From: Thalassobaculaceae bacterium
Lineage (GTDB): Bacteria > Pseudomonadota > Alphaproteobacteria > Thalassobaculales > Thalassobaculaceae
Reading direction: 5' to 3'
NCBI GenBank assembly: GCA_965228875.1
Contig: OZ245843.1
Coordinates: forward strand, 3,578,616 to 3,642,615
Length of the DNA: 64,000 nucleotides
In this document: positions 37,587-52,494 of the stretch, in pieces
Position numbering within the stretch: the first letter of the stretch is position 1
How the letters are laid out: every line of letters begins with the position of its first letter
Position numbers and translations under genes: made by a program
The notes under the pieces: model-generated
Seen by the model: the letters and a program-made list of their open reading frames with translations, nothing else
Databases searched by the model: none
Told to the model about the DNA's origin: nothing

Positions 37587-39491
37587 ATGAACGCCCGCGC
37601 CCTCCGTCGCTCCGCGCTGATTCTGGCCCACGACACGGCGCTGGCCGCCCTGTCCTTTCCGTTGGCCCTGTACCTGCGGCTCGGCGATCAGTTCGCTAGC
37701 TGGCCGGATCGGGCGGTCGAGCTGGGAACGGCGCTGTTCACGGCGACGGCGCTGGCGGTGTTCCTGGCGATGCGGCTCGACACCGCGGTTTGGCGCTACA
37801 CGTCGGTCGGCGACCTCGCCCGGATCGTGCGCGCCGTGGCGATCATCATCGCCGGCTTCCTTGCGGTACAGTTCATCGTCACCCGATTGGACGACCTGCC
37901 GCGCTCGTTCCTCGTGATCGAGGCGGTGCTGCTGTCGCTGATGCTGTGTGCGCCGCGGGTCGGATATCGCCTGTTGAAGGATGGAACGATCGCCGCCCTG
38001 TTCGAGCGCAACGCCCAGGACCGGGTGCCGGTGCTGCTGGTCGGCGCCGGCGACGGAGCCGATCTGTTCATCCGCGAGACCGCGCCCGGCCACGAGGTGC
38101 CGTACCGGGTCGTCGGCATCGTCGACGACCGCGATTCCCGCACCGGCCGGCGGATCCGCGGCATTCCGGTGTTCGGTGGTCTTCAGAGCCTGGAAGCCGT
38201 GATCGCCCGGCTGACCGGCCAGGGTATGCGGCCGCAGCGGATCGTCATCACCCGGCGCCAGATCGACGGCGCGACGATCCGCCAGTTGCTGGACACCGCC
38301 GACGCGCTGGGCATTCCGGTCAGCCGGATGCCGGCGCTCAGCGCCCTGGAGGCCGCCGGCGACGCGCCGGTCCAGCTCCGGGCGATCAATGTCGAGGATG
38401 TCCTCGGCCGGCCGCAGGCGACGCTGGACCGGCCGGCCATGCGCCGGCTCATCGAAGGCCGCCGCGTCCTTGTGACCGGCGCCGGCGGCACCATCGGCTC
38501 GGAGCTGGTCCGCCAGATCGCCGACCTGGGCCCGGCCCGGATCACCCTTGTGGATCAGTCCGAATACGCCCTCTACCGCATCGACCTGGAACTGGCCGAA
38601 CGGGCGCCGGACCTGCCACGCGCCGCCCTGATCGGCAATGTCCGGGACCGCGCCAGGGTCGAAGAGGTGCTCACGGACGCCCGGCCGGAGATCGTCTTCC
38701 ATGCCGCCGCCCTCAAGCACGTGCCGCTGATGGAGGCCAATGTTTGCGATGCGGTCCTGACCAACGCCATCGGCACCCGGATCGTCGCCGACTGCGCGCG
38801 GGCGGCCGGGGTCGCCACCGTGGTGCTGATTTCGACCGACAAGGCGGTCAACCCGACCAACGTGATGGGCGCCACCAAGCGTCTGGCCGAAGCCTACTGC
38901 CAGGCGCTCGACCTCGACGGCGGGACCCGGTTCGTGACCACCCGGTTCGGCAACGTCCTCGGCTCCACCGGCTCGGTCGTTCCGCTGTTCCAGCGCCAGC
39001 TCGAGCGCGGCGGACCGCTGACGGTGACCCATCCGGACATCACCCGCTATTTCATGACCGTGCGCGAGGCGGTCGAACTGGTGCTTCAGGCCGCCGCGCT
39101 GGAATCCGGAACCCCGCGGGAGCGCGGCGGCATCATCGTGCTCGACATGGGCGAACCGGTGAGGATCGTCGACCTCGCCGACCGGATGATCCGCCTGGCC
39201 GGCCTGGAGCCGGGCAAGGACATCGCCATCACCTTCACCGGTCTGCGGCCGGGCGAGAAGCTTCACGAGGAGCTGTTTCACGGCGCCGAGACGCTGGAGG
39301 ACACGGCGATCCCCGCGATCCATCGCGCCCATCCCCGCACCGCCGACCGGGCGCTGATCGAACGCGGTCTCGACGAGCTCGAGGCGGTGGCGCGGGCACG
39401 GCGGGCGCCGGCGACGATCGAGATCCTGGGCCGGATGGTCCCGGAGTACGAAGGCGGCACCGCGGCCGCCACCCGCGCCGGCGAAGCCTGA
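37587..39491 (+). CDS. Membrane-bound UDP-sugar 4,6-dehydratase (CapD/PglF/WbpM family)
   Basis: N-terminal TMs; TGAGGTIGSEL, HAAALKHVP, STDKAVNPTNVMGATK, RFGNVLGS, GLRPGEKL. Confidence 0.93.
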   Translation: MNARALRRSALILAHDTALAALSFPLALYLRLGDQFASWPDRAVELGTALFTATALAVFLAMRLDTAVWRYTSVGDLARIVRAVAIIIAGFLAVQFIVTRLDDLPRSFLVIEAVLLSLMLCAPRVGYRLLKDGTIAALFERNAQDRVPVLLVGAGDGADLFIRETAPGHEVPYRVVGIVDDRDSRTGRRIRGIPVFGGLQSLEAVIARLTGQGMRPQRIVITRRQIDGATIRQLLDTADALGIPVSRMPALSALEAAGDAPVQLRAINVEDVLGRPQATLDRPAMRRLIEGRRVLVTGAGGTIGSELVRQIADLGPARITLVDQSEYALYRIDLELAERAPDLPRAALIGNVRDRARVEEVLTDARPEIVFHAAALKHVPLMEANVCDAVLTNAIGTRIVADCARAAGVATVVLISTDKAVNPTNVMGATKRLAEAYCQALDLDGGTRFVTTRFGNVLGSTGSVVPLFQRQLERGGPLTVTHPDITRYFMTVREAVELVLQAAALESGTPRERGGIIVLDMGEPVRIVDLADRMIRLAGLEPGKDIAITFTGLRPGEKLHEELFHGAETLEDTAIPAIHRAHPRTADRALIERGLDELEAVARARRAPATIEILGRMVPEYEGGTAAATRAGEA

Positions 39492-39524
39492 CGCGCGGTC
39501 GCCTTCCCGGCCGCGCCGACGGCT

Positions 39525-40853
39525 CTACGCGCCGGCGTCCAGCACGAAGTGCAGGCGGTCGAAGCCGCTCCGCCAGTCGGCGACCTCGGGCGCCAGCGCC
39601 GCCGGATCGTTGCTCCTGAGCGCGCGGGCGATCAGACTCGCCATCCGTTTCGTATCGTCAACGGTCACGCCCCACCGCACCAGCTCCGGCGTGCCGAGGC
39701 GCAGCCCGTTCATGTCGCCCACCAAATCGGCGACCGGCAGGCCGATGCCACAGGCCAGGAACCCGGCGCGGCGCAGGGTCTTCGACGCCGCCTGCCCACC
39801 GCCGAACGCCGCCGCCTCGACCGCGAACTGGTGCGAGTGGGTGAAGCCCCGCCCCTCGGCGAATACCGGCAGGCCTTCGGCCGCGAGCGCTTCGGCCAGC
39901 GCCCGGGAGACGGCCACCATCTCGCTTGCGTAGTCGCGCCCGCATGCCCGCCAGTCGAGCATCGTCACGGCCAGGGCCGCCGACTTGGCCGCGTCGAAAT
40001 TCGCCGTCATGCCGGGAAAGGCAATGGCGTCCAACCGCTCGGCGATCGCGTCGTCGTTGGTGACGATCAGCCCGCCGGCCGGCCCTCCGAGGCTCTTGTA
40101 GGTGCTCATGGTCATCATGTGGGCACCGTCGGCGAGCGGATCGCGCCAGGCTTTTCCGGCGATGATCCCGCACTGGTGGGCGGCGTCGAACAGCAGCGCC
40201 GCCCCGACCTCGTCGGCGATCTCCCGCACCGGGCCGACCGGATGCTCGAACAGGTTCAGGCTCCCGCCGAGGGTGATCAGCGCCGGCCGCTCCTTGCGCG
40301 CCAGCTCCCGCAGCGCGTCCACATCCACCGTGTAACCGTCCGCCGCCACCGGAGCCGGGACGGTCCGCAGGCCGTAGAGACCTGCGCAGCCCGCGTCGTG
40401 GTGGGTGACGTGGCCGCCGATCGTCGCCGGCGGCGCGATGATGGTGTCGCCCGGCCGGCAGGTCGCCATGAAGCCGAACAGGTTCGCGAGCGCCCCGGAG
40501 GGCACGCGGATCTCGGCGAAGCGGGCGTCGAACACCTCGGCGCACAGCGCCGCGGCGATGACCTCGATCTCCTCGATCGCCTCCAGTCCCATCTCGTACT
40601 TGTCGCCGGGATAGCCGAGCGAGGGCCGCGAGCCGATGCCGGACGCGAGCAGCGCCTCGGCCCGCGGGTTCATGACGTTGGTCGCCGGGTTGAGGTTGAA
40701 GCAGTCGCGCTCGTGGATTTCCCGGTTGCGCGCCGCCAGGTCCTCGATCCGTCCGGCGATCCGGGCCGCGTCCTCGCCGGCGGTGCGCGCGGCCAGGGAT
40801 TGGACTAGATCCTCGGAACCTGCGGGCACCCAGGGGCGACGGGCCAGAGTCAT
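39525..40853 (-). CDS. SHMT-like PLP aldolase (alpha-methylserine aldolase-like)
   Basis: NLNPATN, GYPGDKY, GGHVTHH, FDAAH, STYKSLGGPAGG, GLRLGT; diverges from canonical GlyA TTHKTLRGPRGG. Confidence 0.8.
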   Translation of the reverse strand: MTLARRPWVPAGSEDLVQSLAARTAGEDAARIAGRIEDLAARNREIHERDCFNLNPATNVMNPRAEALLASGIGSRPSLGYPGDKYEMGLEAIEEIEVIAAALCAEVFDARFAEIRVPSGALANLFGFMATCRPGDTIIAPPATIGGHVTHHDAGCAGLYGLRTVPAPVAADGYTVDVDALRELARKERPALITLGGSLNLFEHPVGPVREIADEVGAALLFDAAHQCGIIAGKAWRDPLADGAHMMTMSTYKSLGGPAGGLIVTNDDAIAERLDAIAFPGMTANFDAAKSAALAVTMLDWRACGRDYASEMVAVSRALAEALAAEGLPVFAEGRGFTHSHQFAVEAAAFGGGQAASKTLRRAGFLACGIGLPVADLVGDMNGLRLGTPELVRWGVTVDDTKRMASLIARALRSNDPAALAPEVADWRSGFDRLHFVLDAGA

Positions 40854-41374
40854 GACGTTCCTCCTCTTGCCGACCGGCGGGTGCGCCCGCCCTCCCGGAC
40901 TCCGCGGACAAGCAGCGCCGCCACGCACCAGTGCAGCAGCCAGGCCAGCCCCGCTCCGACCCCGCCCCAGCGCGGATCGATGGCGAGGCCCGGCCGCCAC
41001 GCGTCATAGGCGTTGGCCATGATCTGGCCGTCGGCGTGGGTCAACGCCGTCACCGGACGGCTCCACGGCCCCGCCGCCGACAACGCCGCCTGCGCTTCGG
41101 CAAGCTGTGCCAGGCGGCCAACCATGGCGGCGATCCGCCGGCCGGACCCCTGGATCACCGGGTCCGCGTTGGCCCGGTGGCGTTGCAGGTAGGCCTCGAG
41201 GGTCAGGCCGTTCGCCGCCGCCTCCGCCCGGTGCGCCGCCACCTGGCGGTCCAGTTCGTCGATGGCGCCGCCGAGCCGCTGCGCATACGCATCGACGAAG
41301 GAGGGGATCTGCGATCCGGCGGTAAGGCCGAGGACCACCACCACGAGCAGTCCCAGGTCGCGCAGGAACCGCAT
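40850..41374 (-). CDS. DUF2937 family membrane protein
   Basis: SQIPSFVDAYAQRLGGAIDEL; N- and C-terminal TMs. Confidence 0.8.
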   Translation of the reverse strand: MRFLRDLGLLVVVVLGLTAGSQIPSFVDAYAQRLGGAIDELDRQVAAHRAEAAANGLTLEAYLQRHRANADPVIQGSGRRIAAMVGRLAQLAEAQAALSAAGPWSRPVTALTHADGQIMANAYDAWRPGLAIDPRWGGVGAGLAWLLHWCVAALLVRGVREGGRTRRSARGGTS

Positions 41375-41375
41375 G

Positions 41376-42236
41376 TCAGGCGAATCCCCGGAACGGATCG
41401 TCCGCGCGTCGGCGGATCCAGTTGCCGGGGTGCCACACCGCCGCGCCGTCGACCACATGCAGCGTGTAGGCCATGCGCGAGCGGTCGGAGCGGTTGGCGG
41501 CGCTGCCATGGGGCAGCAGGCCGTGCAGAACGACCAGGGTGCCCTTGCGCGCCGGCAGGGCGACGAAACGATCGGTCTCGAACGGCGTCTCGTCGAGGGT
41601 GGTCATGGTCAGCGCGCCGTCGCGCTCCAGGAAACGCTGGCGCAGCGGCCCCTGGTGACCGCCCGGGATCGCCAGCAGACAGCCGTTGGTCTCGTCCGCA
41701 TCCTCCAGGGCCAGCCAGAACCCCAGAACCGACGGCGGGTCGGTGACGAGGAAGGTGGCATCCTGGTGCGGCACAACCTCGCCGCCGATGCCGGGCGGTT
41801 TCCAGATGACCATGGACTGGGCGAGGCGCGGCGCCTCGACCGACAGCAGCGCGGCGACCCGAGCCAGGATCGGCGCGTGCGAGACCCGGCGGAACACCGG
41901 GTCCTGGTCGTGCATCGCGTGGCCGATCTTGTTCACCGCACGGTGCCTGTCGACGTACAGCGCCCCGTCGGCGTCGACCGCCCCATCCTCCAGGAAGACT
42001 CGGACCTTGTCGCCGGACTCACGGAAATAGGCGTCGGCCGCGTGCTTCGGCGCGGTGGTCGAGAACACCGCCCGGCCCTGCTCCGGATCCCACGCCTCCA
42101 CGATGGCATGGGCCCGTGCGATCAGGGCGTCGCAGTCGTCGGGGTGGATCGCGTCCTCGACGATCAGCAGACCGTCCCGATCGAAGGCCAGACGCATGGC
42201 GCCGCTATCGCTTTCCGGAGAGAAGCGCGGGATCAC
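41376..42236 (-). CDS. Phytanoyl-CoA dioxygenase (PhyH) family Fe(II)/2OG oxygenase
   Basis: [21 protein letters not shown]...SR; start GTG 42236 (coupled to deoB) or ATG 42197. Confidence 0.88.
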   Translation of the reverse strand: MIPRFSPESDSGAMRLAFDRDGLLIVEDAIHPDDCDALIARAHAIVEAWDPEQGRAVFSTTAPKHAADAYFRESGDKVRVFLEDGAVDADGALYVDRHRAVNKIGHAMHDQDPVFRRVSHAPILARVAALLSVEAPRLAQSMVIWKPPGIGGEVVPHQDATFLVTDPPSVLGFWLALEDADETNGCLLAIPGGHQGPLRQRFLERDGALTMTTLDETPFETDRFVALPARKGTLVVLHGLLPHGSAANRSDRSRMAYTLHVVDGAAVWHPGNWIRRRADDPFRGFA

Positions 42237-43486
42237 GGCCCACCTCGCAGGAGGTCGCGGCCATGGCGGCCAGGAGACAGGCCGAGATGCGCCGCCAGCG
42301 TGGCGCCGACATCGGCGAAAGCGCACGATCCGAGATCCCGCGGCCCCAGATCCCGCGGCCCCATGTCCCGAGGTCCCGATCCGGGGGCGAAGAACAGCGC
42401 AGGCACCTGCTCGCGGGTATGGTCGCTGCCCCGCCAGGTCGGGTCGCAGCCGTGATCCGCCGTCAGTACCGCCAGATCGCCCGGCCGAAGGGCTTCGAGA
42501 AAGGCCGGCAACGCGCGGTCGAACGCCTCGAGGGCGGCGGCATAGCCGGCCACGTCGCGGCGGTGGCCGTACAGGGTGTCGAAATCGACGAAGTTGGCGA
42601 CCGCGAGCACATTGTCGTCCGCCCGGGCGACGACCCGCATCAGCGCGTCGAAGACCCCATCATTGCCGGCCGCCTTGATCTCCTCGCCGGTGCCCGCATG
42701 GGCGAAGATGTCGCCGATCTTGCCGATCGACACCACCGACCCGCCGGCCTGCGTCTGGCGCTGCAGAAGCGTCGGCGCCGGCGGCGGAACCGCCAGATCC
42801 CTGCGGTTGGCAGTGCGGGCGAAGTCGTCCGGTCCCGCGCCGACGAAGGGGCGGGCGATCACCCGTCCCACCGTGTCGGGCACCAGGGCGCGCGCCTCCC
42901 GGCAGACCGCGTAGAGCCGCCCCAGCCCGAAGCTCTCCTCGTGGGCGGCGATCTGCACCACGCTGTCCGCCGAGGTGTAGAGGATCGGCATGCCGCTCCT
43001 CATGTGTTCGACACCCAGGTCGGCGATGATGGTCGTTCCGCTGGCGTGACAATTCCCGAGAATGCCCGGCAGGCCGCAGCGCTCGGTCAGCTCCGCGGTG
43101 AAATCGGCGGGGAAGGTGGGGGTCGTGTCGGGAAAGTAGGTCCAGTCGAACTCGACCGGGACCCCGGCCAGTTCCCAGTGGCCGCTCGGCGTGTCCTTGC
43201 CCCGGCTGCTCTCCGCCGCATGGGCCCAGGCGCCGGATCTTGCGGATCCCGCCTCGAGCCCGACCGGCTCGGTCCCGGCGGCGGCGCGGTGGGCCGCCCC
43301 GAGGCCATGGGCGAGGAGGTTTGGGAGTTGCAACCGCCCGCTGCGGCCGTGGCCCTCACCATTCCCGGCGGCGCAGGCCTCGGCGATATGGCCGAGGGTA
43401 TCCGACCCGGTGTCGCCGAACCGATCGGCATCCGGCGCGCCGCCGATCCCAACGGAGTCGAGCACGATGAGAAAGGCGCGGGTCAT
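42233..43486 (-). CDS. deoB: Phosphopentomutase
   Basis: [50 protein letters not shown]. Confidence 0.95.
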   Translation of the reverse strand: MTRAFLIVLDSVGIGGAPDADRFGDTGSDTLGHIAEACAAGNGEGHGRSGRLQLPNLLAHGLGAAHRAAAGTEPVGLEAGSARSGAWAHAAESSRGKDTPSGHWELAGVPVEFDWTYFPDTTPTFPADFTAELTERCGLPGILGNCHASGTTIIADLGVEHMRSGMPILYTSADSVVQIAAHEESFGLGRLYAVCREARALVPDTVGRVIARPFVGAGPDDFARTANRRDLAVPPPAPTLLQRQTQAGGSVVSIGKIGDIFAHAGTGEEIKAAGNDGVFDALMRVVARADDNVLAVANFVDFDTLYGHRRDVAGYAAALEAFDRALPAFLEALRPGDLAVLTADHGCDPTWRGSDHTREQVPALFFAPGSGPRDMGPRDLGPRDLGSCAFADVGATLAAHLGLSPGRHGRDLLRGGP

Positions 43487-44805
43487 GCCGCCGCTCCGCC
43501 GCGCCGCTCGATCACCACCGGTCCCGGCGCCGCCGTCCCATTCGCCAGGGTGAACGCCTCCTCGACCGCCGCCGCCGCCCGCTCCGCCGCCGACTCGTCG
43601 GGCGCATGGACGATGGCAAGCGGATCGTCGGGGCCCACCGTCGCGCCGATCCCGGCGACCGCGCTCAACCCGACCGACGGGTCGATCCGGTCGGTCGCCA
43701 GACGCCGACCGCCGCCGAGCTCGATCACCGCGAGGCCGAGGCAACGGGCATCCACCCGAACCACGATCCCGGACCGGGACGGCCGTACCGGCAGCGAAAC
43801 GACGGCACTGGGCAGATGCGCGTCCGGCCGTTCCAGCAGGTCGGTCGGCCCGCCGAGGGCGGCGACCATGCGGGCGAACACCTCCGCCGCGCGCCCGTCC
43901 TCCAGCGCGCGCCGCGCCTTGGCCCGCCCCGCCTCGCCGCCATCCGCGAGTCCGCCCTGCGCCATCATTTCGCCGGCCAGCGCCAGGGTCACGTCCAGGG
44001 TTCGGGTCTCCCGCTCTTCACCGGTCAGAAAGGCGATCGCGTCGGCGACTTCCAGCGCGTTGCCGGCGGTGCGGCCGAGAACCTGGTTCATGTCGGTGAC
44101 CAGCGCCACCGTGGGCAGCCCGGCCCGGCGCGCGGTCTCGGCCAGGGAGTCGGCGAGATCCCGCGCCTTGTCCAGGTCGTCCATGAAGGCGCCGGAGCCG
44201 CACTTGACGTCCATCACCAGGCCGTCCAGCCCGGCGGCCAGCTTCTTCGACAGGATCGAGGCGGTGATCAGCGGGGCCGATTCCACCGTCGCGGTGACAT
44301 CGCGGATGGCATAGAGCCGGCGATCGGCCGGCGCGAGGTCGTCGGTCTGGCCGATGATGGCGCAACCGGTCTCGCGCACCACCCGCTCGAACTCCTCCAG
44401 CGACGGGCCGGTCCGGTAACCGGGGATCGAGTCCAGTTTATCGAGCGTGCCGCCGGTATGGCCGAGACCGCGCCCCGAGATCATCGGCACGTACGCGCCA
44501 CAGGCGGCGACCATCGGAGCCACCATCAGGCTGATCTTGTCGCCGACCCCGCCGGTCGAGTGCTTGTCCACGACCGGGCCGTCGAGCCGATCCCAGCGGA
44601 GCACCGTCCCGCTGTCGGCCATGGCCCGGGTCAGGCCCGCCCGCTCGTCCGCGTTCATGCCGCGGAAGAACACCGCCATGGCGAAGGCCGCGGCCTGCCC
44701 CTCGCCGACCGATCCGGCGGTCAGGCCGGCGATGAAGGTCGAAAGCGCCTCGGCCGACAGGCTCTGGCCGTCACGCTTGGCGCGAATGATCTCCTGGGGC
44801 AGCAC
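43483..44805 (-). CDS. deoA: Thymidine phosphorylase
   Basis: [46 protein letters not shown]. Confidence 0.95.
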   Translation of the reverse strand: MLPQEIIRAKRDGQSLSAEALSTFIAGLTAGSVGEGQAAAFAMAVFFRGMNADERAGLTRAMADSGTVLRWDRLDGPVVDKHSTGGVGDKISLMVAPMVAACGAYVPMISGRGLGHTGGTLDKLDSIPGYRTGPSLEEFERVVRETGCAIIGQTDDLAPADRRLYAIRDVTATVESAPLITASILSKKLAAGLDGLVMDVKCGSGAFMDDLDKARDLADSLAETARRAGLPTVALVTDMNQVLGRTAGNALEVADAIAFLTGEERETRTLDVTLALAGEMMAQGGLADGGEAGRAKARRALEDGRAAEVFARMVAALGGPTDLLERPDAHLPSAVVSLPVRPSRSGIVVRVDARCLGLAVIELGGGRRLATDRIDPSVGLSAVAGIGATVGPDDPLAIVHAPDESAAERAAAAVEEAFTLANGTAAPGPVVIERRGGAAA

Positions 44806-44825
44806 GGCGCCTCACCGGGTCGTCC

Positions 44826-46412
44826 TCAATGGCGGAAGTGTCGCATGCCGGTGAGGACCATGGCGAGATCGCGCTCGTCGGCGGCGGCGATGATCTCCTC
44901 GTCGCGGATCGATCCGCCCGGCTGGATGATCGCCGTGGCGCCGGCATCGGCCACGGTCACCAGGCCGTCCGGGAACGGGAAGAAGGCATCGGAAGCGGCG
45001 ACGGAACCGACGGTGCGCGGCTCCGCCCAGCCGGCCGCCTTGGCCGCGTCCTTGGCCTTGGCGGCGGCGATCCGCGCGGCATCCACCCGGCTCATCTGTC
45101 CCGCGCCGATACCGGCGGTGGAGCCGTCCTTGACGTAGACGATGGTGTTCGACTTCACGTGCTTGGCGATGCGGAAGGCGAGCAGCAGGTCGCGCATCTC
45201 GGCGTCGGTCGGGGCCCGCCTGGTGACGACCTTCAGGTCGGACTCGGCGATCCGTCCCGCATCGCGCGACTGCACCAGCAATCCGCCGGCCAGGTTCTTG
45301 ACCGCGAGGCCCGGCGACTTCGGGTCGGGCATGCCGCCGGTCTTCAGCACCCGCAGGTTCTTCTTCGCCGCGAACACCGCGACCGCGTCATCGTCGAAAT
45401 CCGGCGCGATCACCACTTCGGTGAAGATCTCGGCGATCTTCGCCGCCGTCGCGCCGTCCATGGTGCGGTTGGCGGCGACGATGCCGCCGAACGCGCTCAG
45501 CGGGTCGCAGGCCAGCGCCGCTTCCCAGGCCTTGCTCAGCTCTCCGGCGATGGCGACGCCGCAGGGATTGGCGTGCTTGATGATCGCGATCCCCGGCTCG
45601 TCCAGCTCTGCCGCCAATTCGAAGGCCGCGTCGGTATCGTTCAGGTTGTTGTAGCTGAGTTCCTTGCCCTGGATCTGCTCGGCCGTGGCGACGCCGTAGC
45701 GGCTTTCCGTCGTGCGGTAGAATGCCGCCGCCTGGTGCGGGTTCTCGCCGTAGCGCAGCACCTGCGGGGTGGAACCGGCCAGGGTGAAGCGGCGCGGGAA
45801 GGTCTCGCCCACCTCGCCGGCAAGCCAGCCGGAGATCGCGGCGTCGTAGGCCGCGGTCCGTCCGTACGCGGTCGCCGCCAGCCGCCGGCGCAGAGCCATC
45901 GAGGTGGCACCCTTGTTGGCCTTCATCTCCTCCAACACCGGACCGTAATCCTCGACGTCGACGATCACGGTGACGAAGTCGTGGTTCTTCGAGGCCGCGC
46001 GGATCATCGCCGGGCCGCCGATATCGATGTTCTCCACGCTCTCGTCATATCCGGCGTTCCGGGCCCGGGTCGCCTCGAACGGGTAGAGGTTCACCACCAG
46101 CAGGTCGATCGGCGCGATGCCGTGCTCGTTCATGGCGGCGACGTGATGGTCCAGGTCGCGCCGCGCCAGCAGGCCGCCATGGATCACCGGGTGCAGGGTC
46201 TTGACCCGTCCGTCCATCACCTCCGGAAAGCCCGTGCGCTCGGCCACCTCGACCACCGGGATACCGGCCTCGGCGATCGCCTTGGCGGTCCCGCCGGTCG
46301 ACAGGATCTCGACTCCCATCTCCGACAGCGCGCGGGCGAAGTCGACCAGCCCGGTCTTGTCGGAAACGGAGATCAGGGCGCGGGCAACGGGAACCAGATC
46401 GGGGGCGGCCAT
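44826..46412 (-). CDS. purH: Bifunctional AICAR transformylase/IMP cyclohydrolase
   Basis: [47 protein letters not shown]. Confidence 0.98.
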   Translation of the reverse strand: MAAPDLVPVARALISVSDKTGLVDFARALSEMGVEILSTGGTAKAIAEAGIPVVEVAERTGFPEVMDGRVKTLHPVIHGGLLARRDLDHHVAAMNEHGIAPIDLLVVNLYPFEATRARNAGYDESVENIDIGGPAMIRAASKNHDFVTVIVDVEDYGPVLEEMKANKGATSMALRRRLAATAYGRTAAYDAAISGWLAGEVGETFPRRFTLAGSTPQVLRYGENPHQAAAFYRTTESRYGVATAEQIQGKELSYNNLNDTDAAFELAAELDEPGIAIIKHANPCGVAIAGELSKAWEAALACDPLSAFGGIVAANRTMDGATAAKIAEIFTEVVIAPDFDDDAVAVFAAKKNLRVLKTGGMPDPKSPGLAVKNLAGGLLVQSRDAGRIAESDLKVVTRRAPTDAEMRDLLLAFRIAKHVKSNTIVYVKDGSTAGIGAGQMSRVDAARIAAAKAKDAAKAAGWAEPRTVGSVAASDAFFPFPDGLVTVADAGATAIIQPGGSIRDEEIIAAADERDLAMVLTGMRHFRH

Positions 46413-46473
46413 GGCGGGCGACCTCGTGAAGCTGTTCAGGGATGCCGGCTTATCCCCGCTTGCGCCGCGTGGG

Positions 46474-47442
46474 TCAACCGCTGTGAGGCCCACCGGCCGG
46501 CCGGTCCGGCGGCGCGCGGTCGACCGGTGTCGATGGCGGACTCGCCGGCAGCCGGCCTTCGCGCTTCAGGCGCGACTCACGGATGCCGATATAGGTGGCG
46601 CTGGCGAAGATCATCGCACCCCCGACCCAGGTCCAGGCGTCGGGAACCTCGTCGAACAGCACGAAGCCGATCGCCGCCGCCCAGAGCAGCTTCGAGAAAT
46701 CGACCGGCAGGACGGCCGAGGCGTCGGCGATCTTGAACGACTGGTTCATCGCGGTCTGCGCCACGGTCCCGACCACGCCGATTCCGGCCAGCCAGGCGAG
46801 CGCGGTGAGCGAGGGCCAGGTCCAGAACGGCAGCGCGGCGACCAGACAGATCGGCGCCAGGAAGATCGAGGCGTAGGCGGTGATCGTCACGCTGGACTCG
46901 GTGCGGGTCAGAACCTTGATGATCATCAGGGCGACCGACCAGACGATCGAGGAGCCGAGGACCAGCAGCGGGCCGAGCCCGATCTCGATCACGCCGGGTC
47001 GCAGGATCACCATCGCGCCGGCGAAGCCGATGATGATCGCCGTCCAGCGCCGCAGCCGAACGACCTCGCCAAGCACCAGCGCCGCCAGCACCGTGGCGAA
47101 GAGCGGTGCGGTGAAGCCGAGGGCGGCGACCATCGCCAGCGGCGTGAACGACAGGCCGAGGAAGAACATCAGCATCGCCGCGGCGTTGATGACCCCACGC
47201 AGGGCGAACAGCTTCAGCTTACTGGTGTACAGCGGCGCCCAGCCCTGCTGCACGAACACCGGCGCCAGGGCGACGAAGCCGAAGACCACGCGGAAGAACG
47301 CGATCTCGAAGGGATGGAGTTCGGTACTCACATGCCGGATCGCGGCGTGCATGATGCTGAACGCGGCGGCGGCGACCGCCATCATCAGGATGCCGGCGAG
47401 GGAGCCGGAAATCAGCGGCGCGGAGGGGGATTTGTCTGTCAC
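46474..47442 (-). CDS. DMT/EamA family transporter
   Basis: About 10 TM segments; EIAFFR, LGE.V, FDEVPD motifs. Confidence 0.88.
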   Translation of the reverse strand: MTDKSPSAPLISGSLAGILMMAVAAAAFSIMHAAIRHVSTELHPFEIAFFRVVFGFVALAPVFVQQGWAPLYTSKLKLFALRGVINAAAMLMFFLGLSFTPLAMVAALGFTAPLFATVLAALVLGEVVRLRRWTAIIIGFAGAMVILRPGVIEIGLGPLLVLGSSIVWSVALMIIKVLTRTESSVTITAYASIFLAPICLVAALPFWTWPSLTALAWLAGIGVVGTVAQTAMNQSFKIADASAVLPVDFSKLLWAAAIGFVLFDEVPDAWTWVGGAMIFASATYIGIRESRLKREGRLPASPPSTPVDRAPPDRPAGGPHSG

Positions 47443-47474
47443 CGGGCCAACCTACAGGCGGGCCGGAGCTCTGC

Positions 47475-48167
47475 CTACAGCGCATCCAGGAAGTCTGTGA
47501 TGCTCTGAGCCAATCGATCCGGCTGCTCCAGCGGGACCATGTGTCCGCACCGTTCGAAGATCTCGAAACGCGCATCGGGGATGCCGGAGGCCAACGCCTC
47601 CAGTTCGCGGAGCGGGCGCAGCGCGTCGTCGCGGCCGGCGACGACCAGGGTCGGCGCCGCGATCCCGGGCAGCTCCGCGTGACCGTCGACCCGGGTGGCC
47701 CGGAGCTGACGCGCCATGACCGCGCCGCCCAGGTCGGCGCCCATGGCCCACAGCCTCTCGACCAGGGCGTCGCGGTCCGGATGTTCCGGATGGATGCCCC
47801 GGGCCAGCGCCCGGCGCGACATGCCCTTGAAGCCGCTCTCGGCGAGCTGGGTCAGGATCGCCTCCTTGCGGGCGTGCTCCTCCGGCGAGGTCGCCCGGGC
47901 CGACGTCGCCACCAGGATCAGCGCCTCGACCCGGTCCGGCGCCGTCAGCGCGATCTCGCGGGCGACGAATCCGCCCATGGAGAAGCCGAGCAGCACGAAG
48001 CGATCCGGCGCGCCGGCCAGCACCCGTTCGGCCATGCCGGCGATCGACGGATCGCTATAGACGTCGCCGTGCGACAGCCGACCGATAGCGGCAAGACGCT
48101 GGTCGAGGTCGGCGAACAGATCTGGTCCGCACATGAAGCCGGGCAGGCACAGGATATTGCGGATCAT
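47475..48167 (-). CDS. Alpha/beta-fold hydrolase
   Basis: LPGFMC, GFSMGG, GRDD, CGHMVPLE. Confidence 0.88.
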   Translation of the reverse strand: MIRNILCLPGFMCGPDLFADLDQRLAAIGRLSHGDVYSDPSIAGMAERVLAGAPDRFVLLGFSMGGFVAREIALTAPDRVEALILVATSARATSPEEHARKEAILTQLAESGFKGMSRRALARGIHPEHPDRDALVERLWAMGADLGGAVMARQLRATRVDGHAELPGIAAPTLVVAGRDDALRPLRELEALASGIPDARFEIFERCGHMVPLEQPDRLAQSITDFLDAL

Positions 48168-48174
48168 TCTCAAT
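48158..48174. promoter_or_regulatory. Putative Fur/Mur-family iron box upstream of bfr
   Basis: TGCGGATCATTCTCAAT in an AT-rich patch; matches the bfd site at 13/17. Confidence 0.5.
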
Positions 48175-48259
48175 TACTTGAAATCATTGATGTTTTCCTT
48201 GCCGTTTTGAACCGTTCTTGTATCTTGTCCGACAAGCGATCCGAGCGATGGAGGGCGCC

Positions 48260-48751
48260 ATGAAGGGCGACAAGACTGTCATCGAACACCTGAACCGCAT
48301 CCTCAAGAACGAGCTGACGGCGATCAACCAGTACTTCCTGCACTCGCGCATTCTCGGCGACTGGGGCGTGTCGAAGCTGTCGAAGAAGGCGTACGAGGAA
48401 TCCATCGAGGAGATGGAACACGCCGACAAGCTGATCCAGCGCATCCTCTTTCTCGAGGGGCTGCCCAACCTGCAGGAGCTGAACAGGCTGCGGATCGGCG
48501 AGAACGTGAAGGAGATCATCGAGTGCGACCTGGCGGTCGAGCTCGACGCCGTGCCCGACCTGCGCGAGGCGGTCGCCTATGCCGACTCGATCCGCGACTA
48601 CGTCAGCCGCGACCTGTTCGTCGAGATCCTCAACGACGAGGAGGAGCATGTCGACTACCTCGAGACGCAGCTCGACCTGATCGGCCGCATCGGCCTGGAG
48701 CACTACACCCACCTGCAGAGCGAAGCCAACGCGATGACCGAAGGCAGCTGA
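48260..48751 (+). CDS. bfr: Bacterioferritin
   Basis: MKGDK...[24 protein letters not shown] ferroxidase residues. Confidence 0.97.
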   Translation: MKGDKTVIEHLNRILKNELTAINQYFLHSRILGDWGVSKLSKKAYEESIEEMEHADKLIQRILFLEGLPNLQELNRLRIGENVKEIIECDLAVELDAVPDLREAVAYADSIRDYVSRDLFVEILNDEEEHVDYLETQLDLIGRIGLEHYTHLQSEANAMTEGS

Positions 48752-48782
48752 GCCCCACCGTCTCCGCCGCATCCGAACACAA

Positions 48783-48808
48783 GAAGGGCCGCCACAGGGC
48801 GGCCCTTC
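48783..48808. terminator. Stem-loop between convergent bfr and gyrB
   Basis: gaagggccgcc-acag-ggcggcccttc; short U-rich tail on the minus strand. Confidence 0.7.
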
Positions 48809-48830
48809 CGCGTCCGACGCTCCGGCGCCG

Positions 48831-52490
<3,660 letters not shown>

Positions 52491-52494
<4 letters not shown>

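Noticed and set aside
46413..46500. ZMP/ZTP riboswitch upstream of purH
   Set aside because: The conserved motif elements are not recognisable, and the gap to the upstream gene is only ~60 bp.
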